Shown here: positions 47,890 through 58,269 of the stretch, piece after piece
Layout: each line of letters opens with the position of its first letter
Numbering within the stretch: position 1 is the stretch's first letter
Source of the DNA: an uncultured bacterium
Lineage (GTDB): Bacteria; Zixibacteria; MSB-5A5; UBA10806
Assembly (NCBI GenBank): GCA_965541585.1
Contig: CBEUCH010000006.1
Location: forward strand, 1 to 64,000
Direction: 5' to 3'
Length of the DNA: 64,000 nt
Notes under the pieces: generated by a model
What the model was told of the DNA's origin: nothing
Databases searched by the model: none
The model's input: the letters and a program-made list of their open reading frames with translations, nothing else
Made by a program: the position numbers and the translations under genes

Positions 47890-49353
47890 TTATTTCAACA
47901 ACACCATCTTTACATTCTCAGATCGTCCCCCCGCCTCCAACCGTACGAAATAGACGCCGGAAGGTTTTTCCCTGCCATCCCATATTACCTGATGATAGCC
48001 TGCTGGCTGTTGCTTTCTGATCAACGTTTCCACCCTGCGCCCAAGGATGTCGTAGATTTTGATGGTTACATCTGCGGCTTCAGGTAGACTATATAGAATA
48101 ATTGTAGAAACGTTGAAGGGATTCGGATGATTCTGATGCAAGGAGAAAATAATTGGCAGAGCATTACTGTCTTCCATATCTGTTTGGTCAGCGGTTAATC
48201 TTATTAGATAAACATCGTAATTACCTTGGCCGAACGAGCGTGTAGCTCCTGCGACGAGATATCCACCGTCGGCGGTTTGCGTCACTGAATAGCCTTGATC
48301 AGTTTCGGCTCCGCCATACATCTTAGTCCAGAGAGTATCACCGTCTGCATCGATCTTTATAACATAAATATCATAATTCACTTCGTTGTGCGAATTGGTA
48401 AATCCAGTAATAATGAATCTGCCGTTGGAGGTTTGCCGAATTGATAGGCCAACGTCATAACCAATTCCTCCATAAGTTCTCGTCCAGAGGCTGTCGCCGC
48501 CGGCATCTGTCTTTATAAGGTAGACATCTGTTTCATCTACACCGAACGATCGAGTAATTCCCGCAATAAGATATCCATCTTCAGCGGTTTGCGTTATTGA
48601 GTAGGCTCGATCAGCCTCAGCCCCGCCAAATGTTTTTGTCCATAGAGTATCTCCGTTAGCGTCAGTCTTCAAAAGGTAAACGTCGAGATCACCCTCCCCA
48701 AACGAGTGTGTAGTTCCCGCAATTACATATCCGCCATCTGAGGTTTCCTGAACCGACCATCCGATTTCCCAATCCCAACCTCCGTATGCCTTTGTCCAGA
48801 GTGTATCACCGCTGGAATCCGTCTTTATAAGGTAAACATCGTGGTAACCTTCACCATACGATGATGTAGATCCGGTAATTATGTATCCGCCATCAGACGT
48901 CTCTTGAACGGAAAGGCCAGATTCCCCACCTGCTCCTCCATATGTTCTTGTCCAGAGAGTATCTCCGCTGGCATCGACCTTTAAAAGGTAAATGTTTACT
49001 TCGCCTTCTCCAAACGAGTGTGTAGATCCCGCAATGATGTATCCGCCATCGCCAGTTTGCACAACCGAATTACTATAATCAGATTCAGTTCCTCCATATG
49101 TCCTAGTCCAGAGAGTGTCGCCACCACTATCCGTCTTTATAAGGTAGATATCCGCATCACCTTCGCCAAACGACTCTGAATGCCCAGTAACGACAAATCC
49201 GCCGTCGATGGTCTGCACAACTGATTTGCCAACATCATATTCATTCCCCCCGTAAGTCCTCGTCCACATTGTATCGGGAGCTTGAGCAAACAAGCTTGCC
49301 GCATGCAGCGATATAATCAATGAAAGCAATATGATATTCTGCCGCACGAACAT
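47890..49353 (-). CDS. Secreted beta-propeller repeat protein with T9SS tail
   Basis: Seven repeats of GDTLWTRTYGG..QTxDGGYxIxG..DVYLIKTD; QNHPNPFN tail. Confidence 0.85.
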   Translation of the reverse strand: MFVRQNIILLSLIISLHAASLFAQAPDTMWTRTYGGNEYDVGKSVVQTIDGGFVVTGHSESFGEGDADIYLIKTDSGGDTLWTRTYGGTESDYSNSVVQTGDGGYIIAGSTHSFGEGEVNIYLLKVDASGDTLWTRTYGGAGGESGLSVQETSDGGYIITGSTSSYGEGYHDVYLIKTDSSGDTLWTKAYGGWDWEIGWSVQETSDGGYVIAGTTHSFGEGDLDVYLLKTDANGDTLWTKTFGGAEADRAYSITQTAEDGYLIAGITRSFGVDETDVYLIKTDAGGDSLWTRTYGGIGYDVGLSIRQTSNGRFIITGFTNSHNEVNYDIYVIKIDADGDTLWTKMYGGAETDQGYSVTQTADGGYLVAGATRSFGQGNYDVYLIRLTADQTDMEDSNALPIIFSLHQNHPNPFNVSTIILYSLPEAADVTIKIYDILGRRVETLIRKQQPAGYHQVIWDGREKPSGVYFVRLEAGGRSENVKMVLLK

Positions 49354-49364
49354 ATCTCTCCTCT

Positions 49365-51884
49365 CTATTTCAGCAAAACCATTCTAATGGTCTTCGATTG
49401 CTCCTGTATCTCCAGCCGTGCGAAATAGACGCCGGAAGGGTAGTTCGCGGCATCCCAAATGAAGGCGTGTTCACCGGCCTGCTGAAATCCCTCGAACGGA
49501 ATTGCGATCCGCTGGCCTATAATGTTGTAAATCGTTAGAGCAACATTATCAGCTTGATCGAGGTTGTATCTCAACGTGGTTGCGGCATTAAACGGATTAG
49601 GATAGTTCTGTGTTAACGTGAACTGATTTGGAACTCGGGGGTCTTGACCATCTATACTCACCAGCGCCGAATCCCCACCGCCGTAAGCGCCCATATCGCT
49701 GAGGACTGTCCCCAGTCCCCATGAACAATCCAGGAGGCCGTCTAAGATGGCCGGGCTACCGGAGTCGATGCAGGGAGAGTCATATGGATCGCCGCAAGCG
49801 GTGGACATGAGATGAAAATCCCCGTTTTCCGGGTCCCTGAATAGAGGATCGACATCGATATTCCCATCGCCTTCCCAGCCGCCCTGGATATTGCAATAGG
49901 TGAATTCGGGATAAGAGTAGGATGAAACAATTTCCTGAGGATAGTCATTCCACAGGATTGTGTTTATAAAATCAGGTGATGAACTTCTGCAAAAGATCCC
50001 GCCGCCATATACCGCTGAATTTCCGCTGATGGTGAAATTTATAATTTTTAACCCATTAGGGGAAAATAATCCTATTCCACCTCCCTTTTCATCGGCCGAA
50101 TTATTTGTAACAATATTGTTATTGGTGGTCAGGTCGTAGGCAATTGCGCCGTGAAACGATATTCCTCCCCCATCACGCGCAGAATTAGAGTCGATCACGT
50201 TATCTCTTATTACAAACATCATTTCATCTCTAGAATAGTATAAGCCGCCTCCCGATCCTCGGACCTCATTTGCTGAAATATGATTATTGACAATTACCGG
50301 AATGGACCTACGGCAAAAAATCCCTCCCCCGTTTCCGGCCGTGTTTTGCCTGATCACATTGCCATAGATCTCCGGGTTGGAGTCGAGGCAGCATATGCCA
50401 CCGCCATAGTGATCAGCTATGTTTTCGCTGATTATATTATTGCGAATCCCGGGATCGGATCCATTGCAGTTGATGCCGCCGCCGTTTTCAGCATTTCCGT
50501 TAACAATAGTGAAGCCGGTAACCGATGTGGTACTGTCGCAGAAATCGATCGATATAACGGATGAAACCGATCCACCGTCGATAATCGTCATCTCTATATC
50601 AATTGGATCGTATGAAAATATGTAATTTGACGCGAGTGTTATGTTCTTGTAATTAATGGCGACATTCTCGATGTAGCTTCCGTTCAGAACAAGAACCGTA
50701 TCCTGATGATAAGAGACATTTACCGCGTGCTGGATCGTTCTGAATGGATTTTCCCGGGAACCGTCTCCGGTATTGTCATCGCCGTCAACGGATACAAACG
50801 AGATATTACCAGAGTCGCAATCCGGGTGGTCGGGGAAGAACTTACCGATATCTGATCGGGTACCGTCAGGATCTTCCGTTTCCGGATCTCCGGTATCTAT
50901 ACAGGGTGATTCAGAACAGATATTAAAATTCCAGTTGAGAGGATCTATGAACAGGGGATCGAGGTCGATATTGCCTTCGCCCTCCCAACCACCTTCAATG
51001 TCGCAATAAGTTATATCAGGGGAACCGCGGCTTGTATCTATTGCGGATGGAGTATTACTCCATATGATGGTGTTTCTTATTAGTGGATTACAATCCCAGA
51101 TATCAACACTTGGGCCGCCCGTGTTTCCGCTTATAGTATTGTTAACGATCACGGCATTTGACTCACGGCATTGGATGGCGGCACCACTTCCATAGGGCGA
51201 ATGATTACGCGCAATCATATTGCCAATTATTTCGGGTTCCGAATGAAAGAGGTAGATTCCCCCGCCGTGCCCGTCAATAAAGCCGTATGCGTAATTTTCC
51301 ATAATGAGGTTATCGGAGATTAATGGGTTGGAATAGTAACAGAAGATACCGCCGCCCAATCCGGGTTCTCCTCTCACTACGTTTTGCATAACCAAGTTGT
51401 TTAAAATCCATGGATCGGAAAACCAACAGCAGATTCCACCGCCTTTTCCAAACTGACCGGGGGCTTTGTTCTCTGTTATTATATTGAAACTTATAATGGG
51501 ATTTGAACCATCGAAGCAGTAAATTCCTCCGCCGCGGTCGCTGAATCCGTTTCTTATGGTAAGACCGGAGATTATGGCCGTGCTATCCTCCCCGCTTTCA
51601 AATGTCACCACCGATCCCGAGGAATCCCCATCAATAATAGTCTCGGCGATATACGTCGTATCTCCCGTGGTCAAAAAGAGCGAGCCCAGGACAATATTAT
51701 GCCCGTTGAAATTGATATTTTCGACGTAAGTACCCGGATGCACGAGCACCGTGTCGCCATCAGTGGAGGCATCAATGCCCTCTTGGATCGTCGGGTAATC
51801 GTCGGGGATGTTGATGATTGTTGCGGATGCATTTAGCCAGACCAGAGCGATGGGAATCGTCAAAATCAGCCAGTGCCTTTTCAT
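49365..51884 (-). CDS. Secreted right-handed beta-helix protein (two modules) with T9SS tail
   Basis: PDDYPTIQEGID, GGGIxC repeats, GDGSRENPFRTIQHA, QNYPNPFN tail. Confidence 0.85.
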   Translation of the reverse strand: MKRHWLILTIPIALVWLNASATIINIPDDYPTIQEGIDASTDGDTVLVHPGTYVENINFNGHNIVLGSLFLTTGDTTYIAETIIDGDSSGSVVTFESGEDSTAIISGLTIRNGFSDRGGGIYCFDGSNPIISFNIITENKAPGQFGKGGGICCWFSDPWILNNLVMQNVVRGEPGLGGGIFCYYSNPLISDNLIMENYAYGFIDGHGGGIYLFHSEPEIIGNMIARNHSPYGSGAAIQCRESNAVIVNNTISGNTGGPSVDIWDCNPLIRNTIIWSNTPSAIDTSRGSPDITYCDIEGGWEGEGNIDLDPLFIDPLNWNFNICSESPCIDTGDPETEDPDGTRSDIGKFFPDHPDCDSGNISFVSVDGDDNTGDGSRENPFRTIQHAVNVSYHQDTVLVLNGSYIENVAINYKNITLASNYIFSYDPIDIEMTIIDGGSVSSVISIDFCDSTTSVTGFTIVNGNAENGGGINCNGSDPGIRNNIISENIADHYGGGICCLDSNPEIYGNVIRQNTAGNGGGIFCRRSIPVIVNNHISANEVRGSGGGLYYSRDEMMFVIRDNVIDSNSARDGGGISFHGAIAYDLTTNNNIVTNNSADEKGGGIGLFSPNGLKIINFTISGNSAVYGGGIFCRSSSPDFINTILWNDYPQEIVSSYSYPEFTYCNIQGGWEGDGNIDVDPLFRDPENGDFHLMSTACGDPYDSPCIDSGSPAILDGLLDCSWGLGTVLSDMGAYGGGDSALVSIDGQDPRVPNQFTLTQNYPNPFNAATTLRYNLDQADNVALTIYNIIGQRIAIPFEGFQQAGEHAFIWDAANYPSGVYFARLEIQEQSKTIRMVLLK

Positions 51885-52009
51885 TAATCCCTCCTCTTTA
51901 TGAGTAGAAACAATCATCCTCAGATGTCGGCAAGCAAATGCTGCGATAATATATACAGTGAAGCCGCCGTTTTATTTCCCTTCGTCTCGGATTTTTTCTA
52001 TAAATCGTG

Positions 52010-53416
52010 CTATTTCAACAACACCATCTTCACGTTCTCCGATCGCTGCCCTGCCTCCAGCCGGACGAAATAGACGCCGGAGGGATAATCCGGGGCATCC
52101 CAGACGACGGCATGTTCGCCTGCCTGCTGAAAACCCTCGAACAGTATCGTGACCCGCTCGCCGAGAATGTTGTAGATCGTTAGAGCAACATTATCAGCTT
52201 GATCGAGGCTGTATTTCAGCGAGGTTGTGGCATTAAATGGATTGGGGTAGTTTTGCTTCAATAAGAGCCGATCTGGCAGGTAAACGTCGTCATCGTAGAT
52301 ACCGACAGTGGTCGAATCCCCACCGCCGTGAGCGCCCATATCGCTGAGGACTGTCCCCAGTCCCCATGAACAATCCAGGAGGCTGTCTAAGATGGCCGGG
52401 CTGCCGGAGTCGATGCAGGGTGAATCATACGGATCGCCGCATTCGGTGGACATAAGATGGAAATCGCCGTTTTGGGGATCTCGGAAGAGGGGGTCGATGT
52501 CGATATTCCCATCGCCTTCCCAGCCGCCCTGAATGTTGGAGAAAGATATTTGGGGTTCTCCGTTATATAATACATAAATCTCATTACTTTCTGCTAATGC
52601 AGTATCAGCCCAAAATATATTATTGGTAATTATAGGATGTGAATTAGATGAACAGCAGATTCCGCCTCCATAGAGAGCTGTATTTTTAGAAATTGTATTA
52701 TTGATTATCGTGGGATTGGCCTGCCAGAAATATAAACCACCGCCCTCCCGTTCTGCATAGTTTCCGATAATTATATTATCGGTTATTATTGGATTGGGAC
52801 AGTAATGACCATAAATGCCTCCTCCATACCATTGGATAGAATTGCCGTAAATAATATTATTGCTGATAGTTGAATTGGTGCCTTCTAAACATATTCCACC
52901 ACCCCAATAATGGGCAGTATTTGCAAGTATCATATTATAAATAATCTTAGGAGTATGATCATTGCCTCGGCAAATTATTCCGCCGCCATCATCGCGGGCG
53001 ATATTTCCGATAATGATGTTGTTTGTAATGATCGGATCGCAAAAATATACATAAATCCCACCCCCCACGGTAGCATAACCATTCTGTATAGTAAACCCCG
53101 TGAGGACGGCAGTGCTGTCCTCATCATTAGCAAAATTAATAACATGCCCCGACGAATCTCCATCTATCACCGTCATTGAAATATAGCTCGTATCCCCCGT
53201 AGTCAAAAATAAGGACCCCAGAACAATATTATGCCCATTGAAATTGATGTTTTCCACATAAGTTCCGGGCTGGACCAATACCGTGTCGCCGTCGGTAGAG
53301 GCGTCTATCCCCTGCTGGATGGTCGGATAATCGCCGGGGATGTTGATAATCGTCGCCGAAGCGGTCAGAAAGAGGCCAACACCCAAAATCCCTGTCAATA
53401 TGAAATTTTGTTTCAT
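52010..53416 (-). CDS. Secreted right-handed beta-helix protein with T9SS tail (paralogue)
   Basis: PGDYPTIQQGID, GGGI repeats, DPLFRDP..SPCIDSG, QNYPNPFN. Confidence 0.85.
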   Translation of the reverse strand: MKQNFILTGILGVGLFLTASATIINIPGDYPTIQQGIDASTDGDTVLVQPGTYVENINFNGHNIVLGSLFLTTGDTSYISMTVIDGDSSGHVINFANDEDSTAVLTGFTIQNGYATVGGGIYVYFCDPIITNNIIIGNIARDDGGGIICRGNDHTPKIIYNMILANTAHYWGGGICLEGTNSTISNNIIYGNSIQWYGGGIYGHYCPNPIITDNIIIGNYAEREGGGLYFWQANPTIINNTISKNTALYGGGICCSSNSHPIITNNIFWADTALAESNEIYVLYNGEPQISFSNIQGGWEGDGNIDIDPLFRDPQNGDFHLMSTECGDPYDSPCIDSGSPAILDSLLDCSWGLGTVLSDMGAHGGGDSTTVGIYDDDVYLPDRLLLKQNYPNPFNATTSLKYSLDQADNVALTIYNILGERVTILFEGFQQAGEHAVVWDAPDYPSGVYFVRLEAGQRSENVKMVLLK

Positions 53417-53548
53417 GATAGTCCCCCGGTTATAACTACTGAAACGAACTGCCCCAGGATCTCCTGAGTTATCATAAAAAATATAGGTAATAATCTATTA
53501 TAGTCAAGATGTTTCAGGGTCCGGGGCGGTCACGATCCTACAGATCCG

Positions 53549-53578
53549 TCCATACGGACGCCCGTATGGGCGTATGGA
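53549..53578. repeat. CCATACGG/CCGTATGG mini-palindrome
   Basis: TCCATACGGACGCCCGTATGGGCGTATGGA, related to 22139-22155 and 23980-24015. Confidence 0.6.
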
Positions 53579-53654
53579 TAAAGGTGACACGCGGGGATAA
53601 AAGAAAGAGGGCCGTATATCGATACGCCCTTACAAAGACTATTTAATTGGAAGG

Positions 53655-55172
53655 CTAAATTCCATAGAGTTCGCTGAATTTGGTGTGGAGGTATTCCATC
53701 AATGGTTGATGCGAGAGCGGTTTGCCGGTAACCTTCTTAACCAGATCCTCGGCGCGGTAACGTTGCCCATGATGATGGATATTCTTCCTCAGCCAGCCGA
53801 GCAACTGCGAGAAATCACCTTTAGCAAACTGAGAATCGAGATCGCCGAGATCCTCCGAGGCCTTGGCAAAGAATTGCGCCGCGTAGAGGTTCCCCAGCGT
53901 GTAGGTGGGGAAATAGCCGATCAATCCGGCAGACCAATGAACATCCTGCAAACAACCTTCCCTATCGTTGGAAGGCTTTATGCCAAAGTATTTTTCGAAT
54001 TTCTCATTCCAGATCACTGGAACATCCTCGACCTTTATATCACCGTTGAAAAAGGCGCTCTCCATCTCGAACCGCAGCAGTATATGGAGATTATAGGTCG
54101 CCTCGTCGGCCTCCACCCTGATATACGATGGTCGAACATCATTGACAGCAGAATGGAACTGATCGATCGTGACATCCTTCAGAGCTTTCGGGAATGCAGA
54201 CTGTGCCTTCGAGAAAAAATGCTCCCAGAATGATTTGCTGCGGGCGACCATGTTCTCCCACATCCTGGATTGCGACTCATGAATTCCCAGTGACGTTGAT
54301 TCGCCGCAGGGGGTTCCGTAGAACTTATCCGGTAACCCCTGCTCGTAAATCCCGTGCCCGGCTTCATGCATTATGCCGAAAAAGGCCCCGGGGAAATGGT
54401 TTTTGTTGTAGCGGGTAGTTATGCGAATGTCTCCGGGGCCAAAACCGGTACAGAAAGGATGGACGGTTAAATCCAGCCGCCCGGCTTCGAAATCAAAACC
54501 GATGACGGCGGCGGCATCGATGCCGAATTTCTCCTGTCGGTCGATAGGATAATCGCGGGTAATTATAGAGCCGTCCGGGCCATTGCCGGACGATTTTATC
54601 CTTGCAATAAGATCCACCAGCTCATCGCGCAAACCTGCAAAGACCTTTGTAATCTGCTTCGTGGTCGCTCCCGGCTCGAAATCGTCGAGCATGGCATTGT
54701 AGGGAGTGCCGTTGTAGCCGACAGCCTCGGCCTCCTGTTGCTTAAGCTTGACAATTTTCTCCATCCAGGGTTTGAAGGCCGTGAAATCCGATTTTTCGCG
54801 AGCGTCCTGCCATGCCCGCTGCGATAACGTGATGGTTCTGCTCAGTTCCTCCACCAGAGATTTCGGGACCTTGACTGCCCTGTCGTAGGCGCGTTTTATC
54901 TCCCTTAAATTGGCCGAATCAATGTCATCATCGGTGGGATTCAAGCCATTGTAGACCAACTCGTTTATGATCTCGCCTATTCTGGATGATGTCAACCTGT
55001 CGTGCACCATCCCCGCTAAAAGAGCTACCTGATTGGCCCTGTTTTCAGAGCCGTTAGGCGGCATATATGTCCTCTCGTCCCAGTCAAGAACTGCCATGCA
55101 GGAGCTAAGCGTGGTGATCTCCCTGGTTAGTCCATATAGTTCTTCAGTCAGGTCTTTTCTTTTTTCAGACAT
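53655..55172 (-). CDS. Carboxypeptidase, M32 family
   Basis: HPF, DIRITTRY, HEAGH, HESQSR, IRVEADE, GCLQDVHWS, GYFPTYTLG. Confidence 0.96.
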   Translation of the reverse strand: MSEKRKDLTEELYGLTREITTLSSCMAVLDWDERTYMPPNGSENRANQVALLAGMVHDRLTSSRIGEIINELVYNGLNPTDDDIDSANLREIKRAYDRAVKVPKSLVEELSRTITLSQRAWQDAREKSDFTAFKPWMEKIVKLKQQEAEAVGYNGTPYNAMLDDFEPGATTKQITKVFAGLRDELVDLIARIKSSGNGPDGSIITRDYPIDRQEKFGIDAAAVIGFDFEAGRLDLTVHPFCTGFGPGDIRITTRYNKNHFPGAFFGIMHEAGHGIYEQGLPDKFYGTPCGESTSLGIHESQSRMWENMVARSKSFWEHFFSKAQSAFPKALKDVTIDQFHSAVNDVRPSYIRVEADEATYNLHILLRFEMESAFFNGDIKVEDVPVIWNEKFEKYFGIKPSNDREGCLQDVHWSAGLIGYFPTYTLGNLYAAQFFAKASEDLGDLDSQFAKGDFSQLLGWLRKNIHHHGQRYRAEDLVKKVTGKPLSHQPLMEYLHTKFSELYGI

Positions 55173-55396
55173 TCGACGGCCTTTCCTTCTTCGAAACGAA
55201 TTGCACTTTTAACGAGTAGGCATTATATATGATTCATTATCGGAATCCAAATGAAAAAGCTGACGCTATCACTAAATATATCACGAACAATGATGGCAGT
55301 TGAATCGCTGCCGGCGGGAGACGTTACGCGGGCTTGTTCAGTTTCAAATATTGACATATTCGCTGAAGAAAGGCAGCTTTTCAGGCGTTATCGCTT

Positions 55397-56590
55397 ATGA
55401 GTAGACTTTTCCCTCTGATATTCGCTGTTGTTGTCTTTTCCGTTGTTGCCGGAATTGACATATTGCTTTTGAAATACCTCCATCCTGACTGGTGGAGGAG
55501 ACGAGCAATTCGCTATCCGGCGCTTTTTGTAATGCCGGTGGGCGTACTATTCGTCGGCATCTGGATAATAGGGGTCTACGCTGGCGTGACCGGTCTGTCG
55601 CGTTTCGGGGCGTTTATGGCAGCGTCAATATTTCTTTTGCTGTTGGCGATTCTGGTATCGATGCCGTTTTCAGGAATTGTTCATATTGGAACAAGGTTAT
55701 TCGTATTCCTGCAGCGTAAGGCGAGCGAACCCGATACCGACGTTTCTACCGGCAGGCGAAGGTTTTTGAGGGATGCGGCCGCCGTATTCCCGGCGGCTGC
55801 CCTGACATCAAGTGTTGCCGGCATTGCGGATTCGTTCAGCAAGATCAGGGTGCCGGTCAGGAAAATCCCGATAGCCAATTTGCCCGACACGCTCATTGGT
55901 CTCAAGATAGCTCATTTGTCCGATTCGCATCTCGGAATCTATGTGGGCTTGAGCGATATGGAACAGGCGGTCGAGCTTGTCAAGCCGCACCAGCCGGATC
56001 TCGCACTGGTGACGGGCGATATCTCCGATCATCTCGACATTTTAGGCGATGCTATTGAAATCATAAGCAGCCTGAAGCCGCGCTATGGCATATACGCATC
56101 GGTGGGAAACCATGAGTATTATCGCGGTATAAATAGGGTGCGGCAGATATTCGAGACCGCTCCTTTTCCGATGCTGATCAATGAAAACAGGCTTATCGAG
56201 ATCGGGGATACCCCGGTTGTCATCGGTGGTGCAGACGATCCCCGGTTTATGCGAGGAGATTCATCGCAATTCCTGCACGACACCATAGAAACCACCATGG
56301 GATCGGCGCCGTCGCAATCCTTCAAGATCCTGATGAGCCATCGTCCCCCCGGTTTCAATCATGCGGCCGAAATGGGGATCGACCTGGTTCTGGCGGGTCA
56401 CACGCACGGCGGCCAACTGGGCATGTTCGGGCAGAGCCTGTTCGAAGGAGTTATACCTGACACTTATCTTTGGGGCATATACCGTCGCGACAGGACGACA
56501 CTGCATACCTCCGGCGGCATGGGGCACTGGCTGCCGTTCAGGCTGGGCTGCCCCGCCGAAGCGCCGATTTTGATATTGGAAAAAGGATAG
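55397..56590 (+). CDS. Membrane-anchored metallophosphoesterase (YkuE-like)
   Basis: DSH, GD, GNHE, H, GHTHGGQ; N-terminal TMs and internal RRRFL. Confidence 0.92.
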   Translation: MSRLFPLIFAVVVFSVVAGIDILLLKYLHPDWWRRRAIRYPALFVMPVGVLFVGIWIIGVYAGVTGLSRFGAFMAASIFLLLLAILVSMPFSGIVHIGTRLFVFLQRKASEPDTDVSTGRRRFLRDAAAVFPAAALTSSVAGIADSFSKIRVPVRKIPIANLPDTLIGLKIAHLSDSHLGIYVGLSDMEQAVELVKPHQPDLALVTGDISDHLDILGDAIEIISSLKPRYGIYASVGNHEYYRGINRVRQIFETAPFPMLINENRLIEIGDTPVVIGGADDPRFMRGDSSQFLHDTIETTMGSAPSQSFKILMSHRPPGFNHAAEMGIDLVLAGHTHGGQLGMFGQSLFEGVIPDTYLWGIYRRDRTTLHTSGGMGHWLPFRLGCPAEAPILILEKG

Positions 56591-56605
56591 ACTCAATCTA
56601 AATAA

Positions 56606-56635
56606 GGGCTGGTGCACACCGTTGTACACCAGCCC
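56606..56635. terminator. Hairpin between convergent genes
   Basis: GGGCTGGTG..CACCAGCCC. Confidence 0.55.
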
Positions 56636-56683
56636 CTATCTTATCGTGCGTATGCGCTGATCAGAAATTAAGACTATCGCCTG

Positions 56684-57313
56684 TCAGAAACTTTCGCGTT
56701 TCCGCATCTCCTGGATTTGCCGTTCCATTTTCTCCTCGATCATCTCCAGTTTGCAGGCCATTTGCTCTATCTTCTCGGCTCTGGCCTCAAGCTTCTCGGC
56801 ACAGACCTCTATTTCTGCTGCCTTCTGTTCTATCTCTCGTTCCAGGTCATCGGTGTCGTAATCCGATCGTAGAAGTTTAAAGACCGACGCCAACGCGTCA
56901 ATGCCGAGCCTGGCCCCCGCCACGCCGATTCTTGCGCCCTCTTTACCTATCTTTCTGGCGTCCTCCTGGATTTGCATGGTCAGATCGTGAAACTCCATCA
57001 CCAGTTCCTTCTGCTCGTCGTCGAGCTCAACCTTGCGGCCGTTGACATAAATCCTGTAGTCGTCGGTTATCTTGACCTTTGCATAGCGGCGGGACCTGGG
57101 TGATAGAATAATCGTACCATCGTCTATTTCCATATCGTAATTCCCGATATCGCATCGAGGGACGCAATCCCAGGGACGACAGTCAAAATCATAACTCATA
57201 ACACGGCAATCAAATTTACTGGTGAATGAATATTCGCCGCAGTCGTTATCCGCCGCTGCGGCCGGTGAGAAGGCCATTAAAGATAAGCCCAAAATAACAA
57301 TAAAACTTCTCAT
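56684..57313 (-). CDS. Secreted protein, DUF2884/YggN-like
   Basis: Signal peptide; IYVNGRKVELDDEQKELV; helical C-terminal half; GGAGGT ribosome-binding site. Confidence 0.65.
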   Translation of the reverse strand: MRSFIVILGLSLMAFSPAAAADNDCGEYSFTSKFDCRVMSYDFDCRPWDCVPRCDIGNYDMEIDDGTIILSPRSRRYAKVKITDDYRIYVNGRKVELDDEQKELVMEFHDLTMQIQEDARKIGKEGARIGVAGARLGIDALASVFKLLRSDYDTDDLEREIEQKAAEIEVCAEKLEARAEKIEQMACKLEMIEEKMERQIQEMRKRESF

Positions 57314-57468
57314 TTGATCACCTCCGTCTGATAAAGATCATTTATATTATGTACGGATTTCCGGGCAATCGGTTTCCAATTAAATGTTTCCACAGAACCC
57401 GTACGATGAGTATATTTATGGCCTGGAAGCGATACGGCCGGGCAGGCATCCGGGAAAAGGAGCGAAAT

Positions 57469-58200
57469 ATGGAAAATGCCGACTGCATATCTCAAAGCTG
57501 GAATGGTAAATGTCTGGCTGTTAAGATTTTATTCTCCCGTGCCGGAATCGCGCAGCAAATCCGGGTGGCCGCCGAAACCGGTGCAGTCCTTATCGATACC
57601 GGGGACGGCATAATCCGGGATATCAGGGCGCACGGCCTGAGCCGCGATAGAATCGATGGGATATTCTTCACCCACGGACATTTTGACCATATGGGAGGAC
57701 TGCATTCGCTTCTGGGATTTATGAGAATGATCGGCAGGCGGGATGATCTCCCGGTTATCGTGCCGGAGGGGTGCGTGGAGGTGATGACAATCGTAAAGAA
57801 TTTTATCAAAATATATGGCGACAGTATCCCCTTCAAAATTCTTTTGAAAGAAGCCCGGCCTCGCGAGACTTTTGAGATCGGCGGCATGAATATCGAGGCT
57901 TATCCGGTGGTTCATTGCGGGAGCATCGAGGGCGAGCCGGTGCTGGATCGGATTCCTGCTTTTGGATACCGGATCTCGCATAACGGTGAGTCAGTTGCCA
58001 TAAGCGGCGATACCGGCGATTGCCAATCGCTGCGGGAGATGGTCAAAGATGCCGATTTCGCTATCCTGGAGGCCACATTCGAGAAAAGCTCCGAGGCTAC
58101 CGATGAGGAGTTGGCGAAGGTGCATCTCTCCGAGGAGAGCGCCGCCGAGATCGGCGCGCTGGCTAAAGAGTTTATACTGGTTCATAAGGGGAGACGGTAA
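57469..58200 (+). CDS. Metallo-beta-lactamase fold hydrolase (RNase Z-like)
   Basis: LIDTGDG, THGHFDHMGG, SGDT, EAT, LVH. Confidence 0.85.
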   Translation: MENADCISQSWNGKCLAVKILFSRAGIAQQIRVAAETGAVLIDTGDGIIRDIRAHGLSRDRIDGIFFTHGHFDHMGGLHSLLGFMRMIGRRDDLPVIVPEGCVEVMTIVKNFIKIYGDSIPFKILLKEARPRETFEIGGMNIEAYPVVHCGSIEGEPVLDRIPAFGYRISHNGESVAISGDTGDCQSLREMVKDADFAILEATFEKSSEATDEELAKVHLSEESAAEIGALAKEFILVHKGRR

Positions 58201-58226
58201 TAGTACTTTAGCCTGGATAGTTTTTA

Positions 58227-58253
58227 CGGGGACAGAACACTGTTCTGTCCCCG
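58227..58253. repeat. Palindrome between convergent genes (REP-like or terminator)
   Basis: CGGGGACAGAACA-C-TGTTCTGTCCCCG. Confidence 0.6.
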
Positions 58254-58269
58254 CATTACTTCGTTAACT

